From Fibrobacteria bacterium (GTDB taxonomy: Bacteria > Fibrobacterota > Fibrobacteria > UBA11236), in contig JBGTHM010000007.1 in NCBI GenBank assembly GCA_041746255.1, forward strand, positions 1 to 46,614: DNA of 46,614 nt, in the 5' to 3' direction. This document shows positions 38,899 through 46,614 of this stretch, piece after piece. The notes beneath the pieces were generated by a model, which did not search any database, was not told where the DNA came from, and saw nothing but the letters and a program-made list of their open reading frames with translations. Both the position numbers and the translations under genes were made by a program. How positions within the stretch are numbered: position 1 is the stretch's first letter; every line of letters begins with the position of its first letter.

Positions 38899-41022
38899 CT
38901 ACTGACGCAATTCCACGAAGGATGTGATACGGTTACGTTGCCAAAGCGGCTTACCCAGAGAGAGGGCGCCCGTCAAGTCAACGGAGAAACGGGCGCCATG
39001 TAAGGTTTCACTGGCGGTCGATTTGGTATAAATGATGCGACCTGAATGGGTATTTATCCATTCCCACTCGGTTGATACGGAAGCATTTATACCCGAGGGC
39101 TTGCGATACGTGATACGTTCCCCCATCTTTACCTTATCCAAATAGGCGGTATCGAGGGAGAAAACCGAATGGATTTCTCCGGGTCTCGCCAAAAAGGTGA
39201 CAAGCAGAGTATCCTTACCCGCCTGCGGCCCAATAAACAGGGTATCTTCAAAGCTATAATGCGCCCATAGCGACGGCCCCATGGCGCGAAAAACGGGTGG
39301 AAGTATGGACTCTTTATCGAAAAATATCTGATCTTTATGCTTTGGCAGTACCTGCAACCAAAGGGTATCGCCTCCCGATCGAAGCGGAGGAAACTGGCTC
39401 TTCCCGGCATCCGGAAAGCCTAAAGTGGAATAAATCTCGCTGAAAAAAAGCGACAGCGAATCACCCCTCGCAGCAAATGTCCGCCAGACTGTCCATTGGG
39501 AGTGGTCGCGGGTATCCTTGAACGCCACAACGAGGCTATCCAAAGAATCGGCCCTGGCCGTTTCCGAAGCGGGCCAATCCCATGCGAGTCGGGCCATATT
39601 ACTGGTGGAATCAGCCAAAGGACTGGTATCATCCTGCTCCGGATGAAAGGACTGCAACTTACTGGAACTGAAATAGGCCAGACGAAAATTATGGGGGAAA
39701 ATCACCTGCGTCTGGGGCAAAACCGCTTCCCGGATTTGTACTTGCCCTTCCAGCAACTCCTTTCCGGATCCGGGTACGAAAAAGCGTTCCCCGGTAGCCG
39801 TACGTAGATCAAGAGCATATTCATACCTACGTCCGGGATTGAATTTCTCCCCCTTGAGAAAAACCCGCATGCCCTTCCGATCGGAATCCAAAATGAATTG
39901 GGCCAACAGCCCCCGGGAGGCGTTTATTTCACGCAGGGTAATATTTTTAACGGTATCCACAGGCAAATTAAAACGAAAAACCAGGGAATCCCCGCTGGAT
40001 ACGGTATCTGGAGGACCCGACATGAGCACGGGCGCTCCCGTTTCCCCCGCGGCCTCAAGCACAATATTCTTAAGCGCACGGGCTAATTGAATATCTCGTA
40101 AAGAAACTTCCAGCACCTCGCTAGGCTGGGTTGCTTTGTCATCCCAGTAATACCGAACGTTGCCGGCCAACTCCGGAAGGGAATCGATTCGGAAATACCC
40201 CAACGAATCAACATCGCTATTGGAAACGGTTTCAAATTGCCGGGGATATACCAAACTATCGCCCCCAATTTCATAAACGATGCGAGCTCCACCGAGAGGC
40301 AAAATACCCTGGCCAGGTACGCGACGGAAAACCTGTCCTGACAAGGCGGTTCCAAGTGGCATGAGATTAACCGTTATGGCCGGTAGAGAGGCTGGAGCAG
40401 GAGTACTACTGGCCATAACGGGCGGTGATACTTCGATAAACCGACCTAAATTCCCGGGGTGCTGAACCAGGACGAGTTGTTTACCGGAAGCCATTCCACT
40501 AAGGCCCACTACCCCGGTTTCTTGTTCATCCAACCCGATTCTTTCAATGGAAAGGCTATCGCGGTATTGAACGGTCGCGCGGGTAAGAACTTTGTGCCAC
40601 AAGTCACGAACCAGGATACGTACTTGAATCCGCGCCGGCTCCAGACCGGGCCTGCGGACAAGCTTAACCTCGACCAGGCGCAAAATCGGTAACTCGAAGA
40701 GGGAATCGCGCCTTTCGGAGAGGGTATCGATGAAATCATGGGTGGTAAACCCCACACGGGAAATACTGAATCGATTCCAAAAACTCTCCACTTCATCCAA
40801 TTCGAACCGCCCATCCGGAGCGGAAGAATGGTATTTGCGGGTTTCCTTGAAAACGGTTGTTATCGAGATCTCCACGGAATCGAGGGGTAAACCCGTGGAG
40901 CTGTCGGTTACGATAACGATATATTTGACGCGCGGCTGGGTTTCAGCGGAAGTGAGTTCCTGGTCACATCCAGATACAAATAGGGTTAAGGCCGTTATAA
41001 AAAGAGCAATTAAAGAGGTCAC
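38899..41022 (-). CDS. Large hypothetical lipoprotein with probable Ig-like beta domains
   Basis: Lipobox FVSGC after a likely GTG start at 41022 (frame open to 41145). VTDSSTGLPL carboxypeptidase-regulatory-like start. Ends 5 bp before the ATPase gene. Confidence 0.68.
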   Translation of the reverse strand: MTSLIALFITALTLFVSGCDQELTSAETQPRVKYIVIVTDSSTGLPLDSVEISITTVFKETRKYHSSAPDGRFELDEVESFWNRFSISRVGFTTHDFIDTLSERRDSLFELPILRLVEVKLVRRPGLEPARIQVRILVRDLWHKVLTRATVQYRDSLSIERIGLDEQETGVVGLSGMASGKQLVLVQHPGNLGRFIEVSPPVMASSTPAPASLPAITVNLMPLGTALSGQVFRRVPGQGILPLGGARIVYEIGGDSLVYPRQFETVSNSDVDSLGYFRIDSLPELAGNVRYYWDDKATQPSEVLEVSLRDIQLARALKNIVLEAAGETGAPVLMSGPPDTVSSGDSLVFRFNLPVDTVKNITLREINASRGLLAQFILDSDRKGMRVFLKGEKFNPGRRYEYALDLRTATGERFFVPGSGKELLEGQVQIREAVLPQTQVIFPHNFRLAYFSSSKLQSFHPEQDDTSPLADSTSNMARLAWDWPASETARADSLDSLVVAFKDTRDHSQWTVWRTFAARGDSLSLFFSEIYSTLGFPDAGKSQFPPLRSGGDTLWLQVLPKHKDQIFFDKESILPPVFRAMGPSLWAHYSFEDTLFIGPQAGKDTLLVTFLARPGEIHSVFSLDTAYLDKVKMGERITYRKPSGINASVSTEWEWINTHSGRIIYTKSTASETLHGARFSVDLTGALSLGKPLWQRNRITSFVELRQ

Positions 41023-41180
41023 TGTTTTACCACCTTGACGGGAAGTTAAAGATAGTAACTTGGGCCAGGGGGTAGGTAGGGGGAAGTTCTCCGGGATTGT
41101 TGAGCTTAAAAATTGTGATTTTTCTAAAATTCTGAAATAATTCAAGGCCGCTGCGCCAACCTGTACCTCAGGGAACCCTC

Positions 41181-41372
41181 CAGTTTGCGAGTCTCTACGC
41201 CTACAGCTCGAATCCGATGAATACAGTCGACCCTGACGGTGCTTTTAGCGAACCCGTCTATAGACCATCTCCATTAGTTGCTGTTTCTGCTATTCTGACC
41301 TTTTGGGGTAGCTTATTGTTGGGGACAAGGGTGGAATCATACAGGTCAAGAGATAATCTTAGAAGATATTAA
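41181..41372 (+). pseudogene. Rhs-core C-terminal remnant
   Basis: The unannotated frame reads QFASLYAYSSNPMNTVDPDG (41181-41240), containing YxY..NPxxxxDPxG. It has no upstream start codon and stops at 41370-41372. Confidence 0.6.
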
Positions 41373-41425
41373 ATTTGATACATAGGCACCTAATATTTAA
41401 AGGAATCGTTATACTTTTTTTGAAT

Positions 41426-42811
41426 ATGCTTGAATTACAAGTGGGTGCTTATCCGCACTCTAAGAAACGCCGTGGGGCGGGCGAAAAGGGCGCCGCTTTG
41501 GTATACGTGCTCGGGCTATTATTGGTGACGGGAATTCTTGTCAGCATTACCTGGCGTTTAGTGCGGCAAAACGAAGGTTTGGCCGTGCGTGAAATGCAGC
41601 TGTCTCAAGCACGACTGCTCTCTCATTCCGGTGTTGACCATGCACTTTTCAAAATCAACGAGAGTATCGGGAAGAGCGACTTCAATTATTCGGTTTCCGA
41701 TCTGAATTTTCGAATCGACGGGGATCGCCTAGGTTTTCTTCTTGATGTTATACCACTTGGCCTTTTCCTGCAGGCCTATGCCCAGGGAAAAGTAAAGTAT
41801 GGTACTGAGACTTCTGCATTGATTGCCAAACAATCAGTAAGGATCGAACAACTTCTTGATTTGGGCGATTTTCCGGCGGTTGGATTACTGAATCGGGAAG
41901 GTAATCTTGTATTGGCTGGAACCTCGGAAATCCATGGTTCAGTGATGCTATGGCGTGGAGAAGTCAGGAAGGCCACAAGTGAAAAAATTCGCTGGCAAAA
42001 CGGAGTTGGTCATATCGGACCCGTCTGGGACAGCACTTCCGTGATATGGGATAACATGGAAGCCGATTTTACCCGCGTTCATAGCTGGATGGAAGTCCAG
42101 GATGCGCTGATCCAGGATGATATTTTAGTTTCCGAAAGAAAAGGATTGCCGTTTTGGCGCGCACCACATGGCACAGAGTTAACGGATACTTTACTCGAAA
42201 ACCACACAATTGTCGGTTCTGGCCTTTTGCTTATTGGTTCGGGCGCCCGTTTGCTTAATTGCACCATTCTGGCGAAGGAGGTGGAAATCAAGGGTAATGC
42301 TCAAATCGAAAATGGACTGGTCTATAGTTCCCGGAATATGCGTATCCGAGAAGAAGCATCCCTAAAGGGGCAATTTTTAGCAAGAGATAGTTTGGTGCTC
42401 GATTTGGGGGTTCCTCAAAATGGTTATCCCGTTTTCTACGTCCATGGTAGGCCAAGTGTAGGTGAGGAGACCGATTCGATTTACATCGGAGAATTATATG
42501 CTCGAAACTACCAGGGTGAAGGCATTTTTATGCACGCATCGTGGGAAATCCCTGACTATAACTCGGATGTACGGATTAGGGTGGATTCAGCGGTTTTTTT
42601 ACATGGCCTAATTTTTACTCCGGGTTTTGTTCAGCTCGAAGGAAGTGTAGAGGGTTCCGTAATTTGTCAAAATTTCCGGTTCCAACACAGCGGTACTATT
42701 TGGTTCGGTCATTTGAAGAATGTCAAAATCAAATCGTCTCTATCCAGCATTCCTGTACCGGTTGTTTTCCCCGGTCTCAAAGCCGAAGCGGGGATTCGAA
42801 AGTGGAACTGA
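41426..42811 (+). CDS. PilX/GspK-like minor pilin with beta-helix-like C-terminal region
   Basis: EKG|AALVYVLGLLLV (no Glu at +5) and QARLLSHSGVDHAL. Start uncertain (41375/41426/41441). Confidence 0.72.
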   Translation: MLELQVGAYPHSKKRRGAGEKGAALVYVLGLLLVTGILVSITWRLVRQNEGLAVREMQLSQARLLSHSGVDHALFKINESIGKSDFNYSVSDLNFRIDGDRLGFLLDVIPLGLFLQAYAQGKVKYGTETSALIAKQSVRIEQLLDLGDFPAVGLLNREGNLVLAGTSEIHGSVMLWRGEVRKATSEKIRWQNGVGHIGPVWDSTSVIWDNMEADFTRVHSWMEVQDALIQDDILVSERKGLPFWRAPHGTELTDTLLENHTIVGSGLLLIGSGARLLNCTILAKEVEIKGNAQIENGLVYSSRNMRIREEASLKGQFLARDSLVLDLGVPQNGYPVFYVHGRPSVGEETDSIYIGELYARNYQGEGIFMHASWEIPDYNSDVRIRVDSAVFLHGLIFTPGFVQLEGSVEGSVICQNFRFQHSGTIWFGHLKNVKIKSSLSSIPVPVVFPGLKAEAGIRKWN

Positions 42812-42911
42812 AATAGATCAGCACGGATTAGAATTTTTCGGATCCAACCATGAAAGAAAACCGACTTCATTTTACCTAATTGGTCCTCGATATGATCCTT
42901 GCAACTTAAAG

Positions 42912-42958
42912 CGTAACCGTTACACGGGTATGCAAGATGAGCCCATGGAACGGTTACG
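42912..42958. terminator. Long inverted repeat between convergent genes
   Basis: CGTAACCGTT (42912-42921) pairs perfectly with AACGGTTACG (42949-42958), with imperfect inner pairing. Confidence 0.5.
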
Positions 42959-42983
42959 AATGAATAGCGTAATTACCCCTTAT

Positions 42984-45900
42984 TTAATACCATGGAATTG
43001 GCGCGGATGAGGATTGTGTCGCTGGTGGGGGTGTCACTAATGGGGGGTGGTTCCCTAAGACAGCTCGAAGTTCCGCGCCATAATTAATTTCAATTAACAC
43101 ATCGGCGATAAAAGAACCGGCGGCATTGAAATAGCCATAATTATCCATAGCTCCATAGAAAGTGGATAACGCAAGACCTGGATATCCACCATATGTACCA
43201 ATTGCCACAAAATATCCGTCTATTACTGCATCAAGCATAATAATTGTACCAGCTTCACCACCTACAACCGCCCCATGAACGAATTGTTTTGCTTCTAAAG
43301 CACCCGATAAAGCCCCCATACTCTTGCCTAAATAGGGGATATTTGAGCCAGTGACGCGTTTCGAAAATCCATCCAAAGCACCGAACGCAAGAGCTGCATT
43401 AGAAACTTGTAATTCTAGTTTTTCTTGCTCTTTTTCCTGTTCTTTCCGCCGACGCTCTCCACCTCCATCTCCATTCAACATTTGGGCAAAAGCCGCGGTG
43501 ACAGCTCCATTGGCAAACTTCCCGCCGCTAATCACCGAAGTAGTTCCACCAATCACACCAGCCATTAATGCCCTGATATTCTTATCCGTCTCGCCCGCGA
43601 TTTTCTGTTGCAGCGAACCCATAATGAGCTTAGATAATCCCGCTGAAGAAAATCCATGCCCAAACTTACCGCCCTGTAGTTCAGACACAACTCCCCCTAC
43701 CATTCCATGAGCGAGGATCTGGCCTGCGACTTGATGAGGTTTTAAATTATACTGTCCGAATTTAATTGGATTGGCGTCGTTATGATACTTTGCAAAATGA
43801 TCCCCTATTTTCATAAAGGCTGCTGAACTTACGGCGCTAAGAGCGCCGGATTTCAAAGCCTGTCCAAAATCACCGGTCGCGCCAAAAGTTGTTCCAAATG
43901 CCGCCGCAGAACCGCAGGCCACAGGGTTTGCAGAACCAATACATAATAAACCTGATGCTGCAGTGAGCCATTCATATCCAGTTTGCTGAGCCATGTAACC
44001 GACTCCTGCGCTAAAAACCGAGACCACGACAAAAACCGCCACCGGATGATTACCGGAAGGATCCGTTAAATTCAACGGATTATTTCGAACATAAGAATAG
44101 CGGTTGAAATCTTGCAAATCCGTGGGATTAGGAAGAACCGGGTCCGCCTGAAGAAATCTACCCAACCTGGCGTCATATATACGGGCGTTCATATGTATAA
44201 CACCCATGGGATCCACCATTTCGTGGCCCGTGAAACCCTTGTGAGTATCAACGTTGTCAAAATTTTCTTTTGTTTGCTGGCTGTAGGAACTCCAGAAATA
44301 GGGGGTACGCCTTTCTCCCCAAGGATCAAAGCTGAAATGCTCCTTAACCGAATTTTGGTCTACAATAACATCCGTTGATCCCAAATGGTCGACCAAAATC
44401 CACCTCTGCTTTTTGGGTGCGCTTTCTACGAAAATATCGCTGGTTGTGTAGATTTGCTGTCCTCCCCCGGGAATGGAGCGCCGCCATTCTATTTTTCCGT
44501 CTGGGCGGGTAACCATTTCAATGTTCCCAATATATCGTATGGTCTCAGTCCCCTTGCTTGTATTATCCTTGCGATAATACCGTTTACCCCCTGCGCCGTA
44601 TTTATAAATGGTAGTACTTGAACCATTTTGCATTCGTATGGGTTTGTCAGAGGTGGAATAGGTAAAATTTCGAATACCGTCCGTTAGGAGATTACCATTG
44701 TTATCGTATTGGTAATCGTTGAGAATAACATCCTGGTTCTCAAGCAATGTTGTAACAGCATTTGGCCCGGCATACTTTCCGTTGATCAGCATACCGTTGT
44801 ATCTATAAATACCGACATCTTTTTTGTAAAGAATATTTCCCATATCGTCATAGGTAAAATGGAATCCGCTGGTATTGGTTTCTCGAAGAGCGGGGCAGTT
44901 CGCCGTGGATGACGTATTGGAATTGACCTTTATCAGACGGTTGATATTGTCATAACAATAACTCTCTTCAAGCACTTTATTCAGCGTAATCTCATGGTTC
45001 CAGCTTTTTTTATGGTTAAGGTTTCCTATCTCGTCCCAACTATAGGAGTTATGCTGCAACTTTGTCGTGCCATTTTTGACGATTTGCGCCATCAATTCAC
45101 CTGTCAACTGGCTATAGGAATAAGTTGCATTTAAATTTCCGCCTAATACTGCGGCTTTTAAGTTACCCAGGGCATCATATTCCTTATTTTGGATTATCTC
45201 CTGATTGCCGTCTAAATCGGTGATTTTTTCTAAAAATCCGAAGCTATTGTAATGATTTTGGACGCCAGAGGTGATAAAGCTTGAATTTCTTTTCACTAAA
45301 AAGTTCAACGGATCCGTAATTTTCGAAACCCTGCCAAATTCTCCATATTCAATGTTCGAAAAAAATCGTTTCCCGGATGGCTGTAAGTCAACGGCGTGAT
45401 CGGGAAGAATATATTGTGTGCCCCATGATCTTCCGATATCATCATAGGTATATCTTTCACAGTAACTTTCGTTTTCACATTTTGCCTCCTTACTCCCTTC
45501 GGTATATACGGTTGCTGTTATTTTTCCCAGGGAATTGTTCTTGGGAATTCCAGCGTCATCGCTGTGATCATAATGGTTGTGGGTATAGCCTTCTAATACT
45601 CCAGCAGCACTATAATTCGATTTGGAAACTTCCCTTCCCAACAAATCATAGGTGATTTCGGAGTAATGACCGTTTCCATTCGTCTGTTTAATAACCTCTC
45701 CGAAAGCATTATACTCATACTTCCACAGACCTTTATTGGGATCCCACATCATGGTTTTTCGGCCCAAACGGTCATAGCAGATTACGATTTGGTGACGGGT
45801 GGTAGGTTGTTTACATAGCCCTGGAACAGCATCGCCTAAAAAGGGATGGGTGTTTTCATGAGCCATAGGCGTGATGGATTCCAATTCCCCGTCAAAATGA

Positions 45901-46473
45901 TACGAATACTGAATAGACGAATTGTTATCATCCAGTACTTCTACCAATTCACCAAAACCGTTCGCCCGTTCTTTTTTTACAATTTCCTTGGCATTTTTAG
46001 AAATGGTGGTGAATCCTGCATATTCCTTTTTGTTCGTTTTTCCCGCCGGCGTGAGAATTTTTAGCACTCTACCCATTCGATCATAATAATTTCTGGCCCA
46101 ACTTTTTTCGTTAGACCTGGCCCCTACAAAATGAGGGTTGCTCTTTCTTACCACCCTGCCGAGGCTATCGTATTCCGTATTAACCAAGCTGTAGCGACCG
46201 TCAAAGGTCAAGCTAGCGGCTTGAACTTCCCTGCCAATGACGTCAAAATAAGAAATGGATTTTAAAAGATATCCTGCCTGAACGTCATCTGAACTCGTGG
46301 TAATAGCGGTTACAGCGCTTTGTGGGCAAGACACTCTTTCATTCGAACAAAACACATAACTTGTCTTATTCAAATTAATACTTACCGCATCCGCATGCAG
46401 CGACCTCTTAGCAATTTCCCTCCCCCATTTATCATAATCAATCAGTTCAACCAACCCATTCGCGTAGTCGATG
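42984..46473 (-). pseudogene. Rhs/YD-repeat polymorphic toxin, 3' part, interrupted by IS3
   Basis: Many YD repeats, core GFTGHE...MNARIYDARLGRFLQADP...NRYSYVRNNPLNLTDPSG, C-terminal extension of about 355 aa. The frame stays open (IDYANGLVELIDYDKWGR) right up to the IS end at 46474. Confidence 0.88.
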
Positions 46474-46498
46474 TGAACTGTCTCCCATTTTCCGGACA
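46474..46498. repeat. IS3 terminal inverted repeat (IRR)
   Basis: TGAACTGTCTCCCATTTTCCGGACA, 18/25 identical to the IRL at 140-116. Confidence 0.9.
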
Positions 46499-46500
46499 GA

Positions 46501-46614
46501 TTATGCAGCCCATTTCAATTCGTACTCGGCCGGGCTACTGTAGCCGATAAAAGTATGTCTTCGTCGCAGATTGTACCAGGTTTCTATCCAATCAAATGCT
46601 ACCTGTTCCACCTC
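46501..46614 (-). CDS. IS3-family transposase OrfB, C-terminal fragment
   Basis: Not in the ORF track. Translates EVEQVAFDWIETWYNLRRRHTFIGYSSPAEYELKWAA*, the classic YN..R.H..LGY.SP..E tail. Confidence 0.92.
   Translation of the reverse strand, partial: EVEQVAFDWIETWYNLRRRHTFIGYSSPAEYELKWAA

Larger units (their letters stand above)
46474..46614 (-). mobile_element. IS3-family element, right end (truncated by window edge)
   Basis: OrfB C-terminus followed by TGTCCGGAAAATGGGAGACAGTTCA-3' ending in CA. Confidence 0.92.

Noticed and set aside
41146..41374. c-di-GMP riboswitch upstream of the pilus-like operon
   Set aside because: No GEMM core motifs found on either strand. The Rhs-remnant reading explains the sequence better.
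1..46614. tRNA, rRNA, integrase or prophage genes
   Set aside because: None recognised by eye. Intergenic gaps are short and show no cloverleaf signatures, but tRNAscan/Infernal were not run.

Overview
Bacterial chromosomal segment, most likely from a Fibrobacterota-type organism (inferred from a TIGR02147-family gene and its downstream lipoprotein). Both ends of the window are pieces of the same kind of IS3-family element in the same orientation: the left end plus orfA start at 1-140, and the orfB end plus right end at 46474-46614. The right-hand copy interrupts an Rhs toxin gene. The left two-thirds are mostly housekeeping or metabolic: a tesA/ybbA/ybbP-like module split by an MFS gene, a subtilase with Glu at the catalytic Asp position, uppP, hrpB, an isolated motAB pair, crcB next to a parS-like site, OmpA and prpBCD. 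The best candidate for an undescribed system is at 24.6-31.5 kb. A histidine kinase with a CRTAC1-like ectodomain (FG-GAP repeats plus ASPIC/UnbV) is paired with a sigma54 activator. The pair is flanked on both sides by sigma54-type promoters sharing a GTCCA-N5-TGGAC-type upstream palindrome, which precede a His-rich repeat secreted protein and a Tyr-rich lipoprotein plus FadL/PorV-like barrel. The right third is more AT-rich. It holds an incomplete T2SS/type IV pilus-like cluster, a cryptic Rhs-core remnant in an intergenic gap, and the IS-interrupted Rhs gene, which has no visible immunity gene. All family assignments come from motif recognition by eye; no database search was run.
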